Below, in pieces: positions 60,330 to 64,000 of a stretch of DNA of 64,000 nucleotides (the first letter of the stretch is position 1; each line of letters starts with the position of its first letter). Position numbers and translations under genes: made by a program. The DNA lies in contig NW_003314283.1 in assembly GCF_000143415.4 (NCBI RefSeq), forward strand, positions 1,664,330 through 1,728,329, given 5' to 3'. This DNA is from Selaginella moellendorffii. Its lineage: Eukaryota > Plantae > Lycopodiophyta. Under the pieces are notes generated by a model that ran no database searches, was not told the DNA's origin, and saw only the letters and a list, made by a program, of their open reading frames with translations.

Positions 60330-63300
60330 AGGAAAGCATGAGCCAGACGTGCGTGACGTGTCAGCCACGTGGCTGTCCACCTGACTTGGGCAGACACCCG
60401 AGAACTTCAGCGTGGACAATGGCTTTGTTAGCGCATCTGTGGGCATGTCTTGTGTGGGGCAGTAATTGAGCTCGATTACCCCATCTTCGAACAAAAAATG
60501 ATGTGTTGTGTCCATGTGTTTCATCTGGGAATTAATCTTGCAATGTTTGCTCAAGGCTCTGCAGCCCTGATTATTACAATAGATTGGTGCTGGGCCTGGA
60601 AAGGAGTAGCCCATGTCATTGAGGAGGCAGCGAAGCCAGATGGCTTCCTTGCATGCAGAATTGGCTGCAATGTACTCCGCTTCACAGCTGGAGCACACAA
60701 CAACGCTCTGCTTCTTGCTACTCCAGGAAATAGCTGCATTGTGAAGGCTAAAGAAGTAGCCAGTATGTGACTGTCAAGAATCTGGGCAGCCTACCCAGTC
60801 AGAGCCATTGTATCCTTGCAAGCTTGACTCTGCAGTCTTGTAGAAGACCATAAGTGCTTGCCAGTGTTGAGGTCCAGGATTATCAAGGAACCTGCTCACC
60901 AAGCTCTCTGAGAAAGCAAGGTCCAGGTGTGTGCACATGATGAGATACATCAAGCTTCCAATAGCGCTTTGGTAAGGAACTCAGGCCATCTCACTCTGCT
61001 CTTTATCTGTAGAGGAGATTGATCTTTGGAGAGTTTCAGACTTGCTACCATTGGTGTCGGAGTTGGAAAGGCTTTATCCATGGAGAACCGCTACAAGATG
61101 TCCTCCACGTATTTTTGTTGATGGAGAAATAGGGAGCCATCTGATTGGCAATCTACCTGAATCCCAAGACAATAGTGAGTTTCACCAAGATCTTTCATCT
61201 CAAAATGAGAAGAGAAAGCTTGCTTGATCTCTGCGAGGAAGGTCAAGCTGTTATAAACCAATAGAGAGTCATCAATGTAGATAGCGATGTAAATCACATC
61301 ATCTCCCACTTGTTTGAAATAAAGATTTGGATTGTTCTTGCTCCTGGAAAAGTTAGAGCGCATGAGAAAGTCGTCAAACTTTATGTACCACTGCAGTTGC
61401 CAGAGTAGCTCTCCTTGCCTGGAACTTTGTAGTCTTCCGGTTGCTCCACATTAATATCTTTGTCCAGCTTTCCATTGAGGAAACCAGTTTTGACGTCCAT
61501 CTGGTGAACGTGCCAATTCTCTACTGCTGCAAGTGCGAGCAGTGTGCAAATTGTTGTCAGCTTGACAACAGGAGCAAACATTTCAGTGTAGTCAAGGCCA
61601 GCCACTTGAGAGTAGCCTTTTGCGACTAGCCGGGCTTTGTAGCACAAGACAGTGTTCTCTGGGTTAAGTTTGATGCTTAGAATCCACATCGATTTAACCA
61701 GCTTGTGTCTAGGAGGTGCTTGTCTCATTAAAGTGAAGGTTTTGTTTTTGACAAAGGAATGGTATTCCTCATCAAAAGTGGCTTGCCATTTTTCCCTGTC
61801 AAGAGACTTGAGAGCGTCAGTATAGCTGTGTGGAACTTCTGGAATTTCAACTCTCTCGACAAGACTTGCCTTGAGTATCTTGCACAGCTGTGAGCAAAGT
61901 CTCAATTAGCCATTGCGGTGGCTTGCCCTTGGTCAAGCAAGAAGACCAGCAAAGAGGAGGCTCAAGAGGAGCGGCTGCAGTCTGCACCAGAGCAGGTCGT
62001 TCAAGGGGAAATTTTAAATTAGGGCACCTTGGTCTTGAGAAAGTGACTTGAAATTTGGCCTCCCACTGGATCGGGCACGACTGGAGGGCCGAGCGGAGTA
62101 GGAGGGACGGCTCGCAGTGCCAGAACAGGCTGCGGCTTCGTCACAGGGCAGCACCGCCAAAGGAGGAGTAGGATTGTCTTCCACTGGATTATGTTGAAGT
62201 GCACATTGCATGAGATGATCAACTTCTTGGTGACAGGATTGTAGACTTGTGTTCACAGCTGTAGCCTAGGAAAATGCCTTGTTCACTTGTTGGAGTGAGC
62301 TTTTTCCTAGTTTTAGAGGGAATATGAACTTAAACCTCACATCCAAATACACTCCTGGTTTTCGTCCTATCCAGGCGTCTTTTTTGGAACAGCTTTCATG
62401 GGAAGGCGGTTCTGGAGATAGCATGCTGTCATCACGACTTCAGCCCAGAATTTAATCGGGACTTGATTCGCTTGTAGCATGCTGTTGGCAGCATTGAGCA
62501 AATTATGATTTTTCCGCTCTGCAACACCATTCTGCTGTGAGGAGTAGGGTGTTGTTTGTTCTCTCTGGATTCCATGTTTTTGTAGGAACTGGGAAAACTT
62601 GTGAGAGGTGTATTTACCACCTCCATCCAATCGAAAACGTTTCAGCGTTTTGCCTGTTTGAGTTTCTGCAAGACATTTAAAAATCTTGAGTTTTTCTAGA
62701 GCTTGTGATTTGGATTCCGGACAGAAAACAAAAGTTTTCCTGCTGAAATTATCAATAAAACTCATGAAGAATTGAGAACCGCCATAAGAAACATGGAGAA
62801 GGGCCCCAAATGTCACTATGGACAAGTTCGACGACTTCAGAGCCTCAACTAGCTCCTCGCTTTGGAAATGGAAGCTTGTGTTGTTTCCCGAGTTAGCAAC
62901 CATCACAAAAAGAGAGTTTTGCAGTGGTGTCAAACTGGGAATCGAGGCCTTCCACAAGTCTATCCTTTGTGAGTTGGGCAATGCATTGTGTGCTCACATG
63001 GCAAAAACACCAATGCCACAACTCGAGCTGGTTCAAGGTAAAGACCATGAACGTGAGGAACTGGTGAGGGCACTCAACCACTTCGGCAGCTCGTGTTGGC
63101 TCCATATAAATCTTCCCTCGCTCCAGAACTCTGTCAAGAACCATAAGGGCTGGCTACCAAGGCTTCCATGTTATGTACATCTTCTTTCTCAAGATTGGGT
63201 TTACATACATATGGCGGTGATTGATAGGATTCTTGCCAGTCTAACTCACATGAAATCTCTAGATATAAGGAGCAGTTCAAGCCATGCATACTCCTCCAGC

Positions 63301-63780
63301 TACTTGTACTCAATGGGAGGCGGTGTCCAAGTCCAAACCAGTTCCCTGGAGGTGGCTTAGGATTTTCAAGCAAGCGTACATTGTAGAGGGGCCTCAAGGG
63401 GACGGATGGGCTGCTTCGAAAGTGACAATAAGTTTACTCACGCCAGGACTTTGTGACCAAGCTGTGTTTGGTTTCTCATTCCTCAACAGAAAGCGCTCTT
63501 TTCCTTCATGGGCAGTGTTGCATTCATACCACAACAGAAGGAAGTTTACAATGCACTGCTTCCTGTGCTGATGCCAGATCCGGATGGATAGATGAGCTTC
63601 TGGTTCACATTTGAAATAGGGCAGTGCACACCAAAGAGCTTGCCACTTGCTGCATTGTACCAGTATTTTTGTGTCTATTGCAGCAGCTCCAATTAGGTTC
63701 CAGAAGCCAGCTCGCACCTTGGGAAACTTCATGCTGTGGAACTGCTCTCTAGAACACGATGGAAGGTGTGATCCAATTAA
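60330..63780 (-). mobile_element. Decayed Ty1/copia retrotransposon (GAG-pre-integrase, integrase, RT, RNase H)
   Basis: LWH..FCH; integrase RLDGGGKY..TPYSSQQNGVAERKN; RT YKARLVAKGYSQVAGLDY, VHQMDVKTGFLNG, IYIDD; RNase H SSCEAEYIAA..EAIWLR, PTQDMPTDALTKPL. Confidence 0.93.
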
Positions 63781-64000
63781 CACCTGATTTGATCTAAGCT
63801 ACGGTTGATACTATTTGGCGATGGGTTCTACTCCTTCGAGGCCTATGTGGCTATCAAGGGGGTTTGTCTCTGGCAGTTGTGGTGATGGTGGCGATGAGGG
63901 GTGGCAGTTGGGTTTCTGCAATTGCTTGATAGACATCCCCTAGGGTGTTTATTGTGTGGCCCTGGGAAGGAACATGGAGATTCTTCATGGGGGCTAGACA

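Noticed and set aside
59440-60330. Short ORFs between the CR-like gene and the copia element
   Set aside because: No recognisable motifs, and the copia LTR boundaries could not be fixed by eye.

Overview
Eukaryotic nuclear DNA, most likely from a non-seed land plant. Very short 40-60 nt GT-AG introns and compact gene spacing are Selaginella-like, but the taxon is an inference. Layout: (1) 1-8.3 kb, a decayed AT-rich Ty3/gypsy element. (2) 8.5-23 kb, a gene island with an intact NOMO/nodal-modulator gene, a stand-alone FAB1/PIKfyve-like kinase domain, a PGM-like histidine phosphatase, two tandem F-box genes (one frameshifted), and scrambled, deletion-riddled copies of NOMO and organellar ThrRS. 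(3) 25-35 kb and 49-55 kb, decayed chromoviruses, 5S-derived Cassandra-like pieces and a modular repeat family forming a large diverged inverted repeat. (4) 35408-49194, a 13.8 kb DNA transposon with perfect 24-bp TIRs and a 4-bp ACAA TSD, inserted into that repeat. It encodes a Sola-like DDD transposase and, divergently, one large spliced cargo gene read as ParB-like + methyltransferase-like + FCP1/HAD phosphatase-like. About 25 copies of a 22-bp palindrome (ATGGCRTG-N6-CAYGCCAT) are confined to the element. This is the best candidate for an undescribed system: a parS/ParB-like or VANC-like self-recognition or anti-silencing module. (5) 55.9-58.2 kb, a Crinkler-like NTPase-REase gene. (6) 60-64 kb, a decayed Ty1/copia element. 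All family assignments come from reading motifs by eye; no database search was run.
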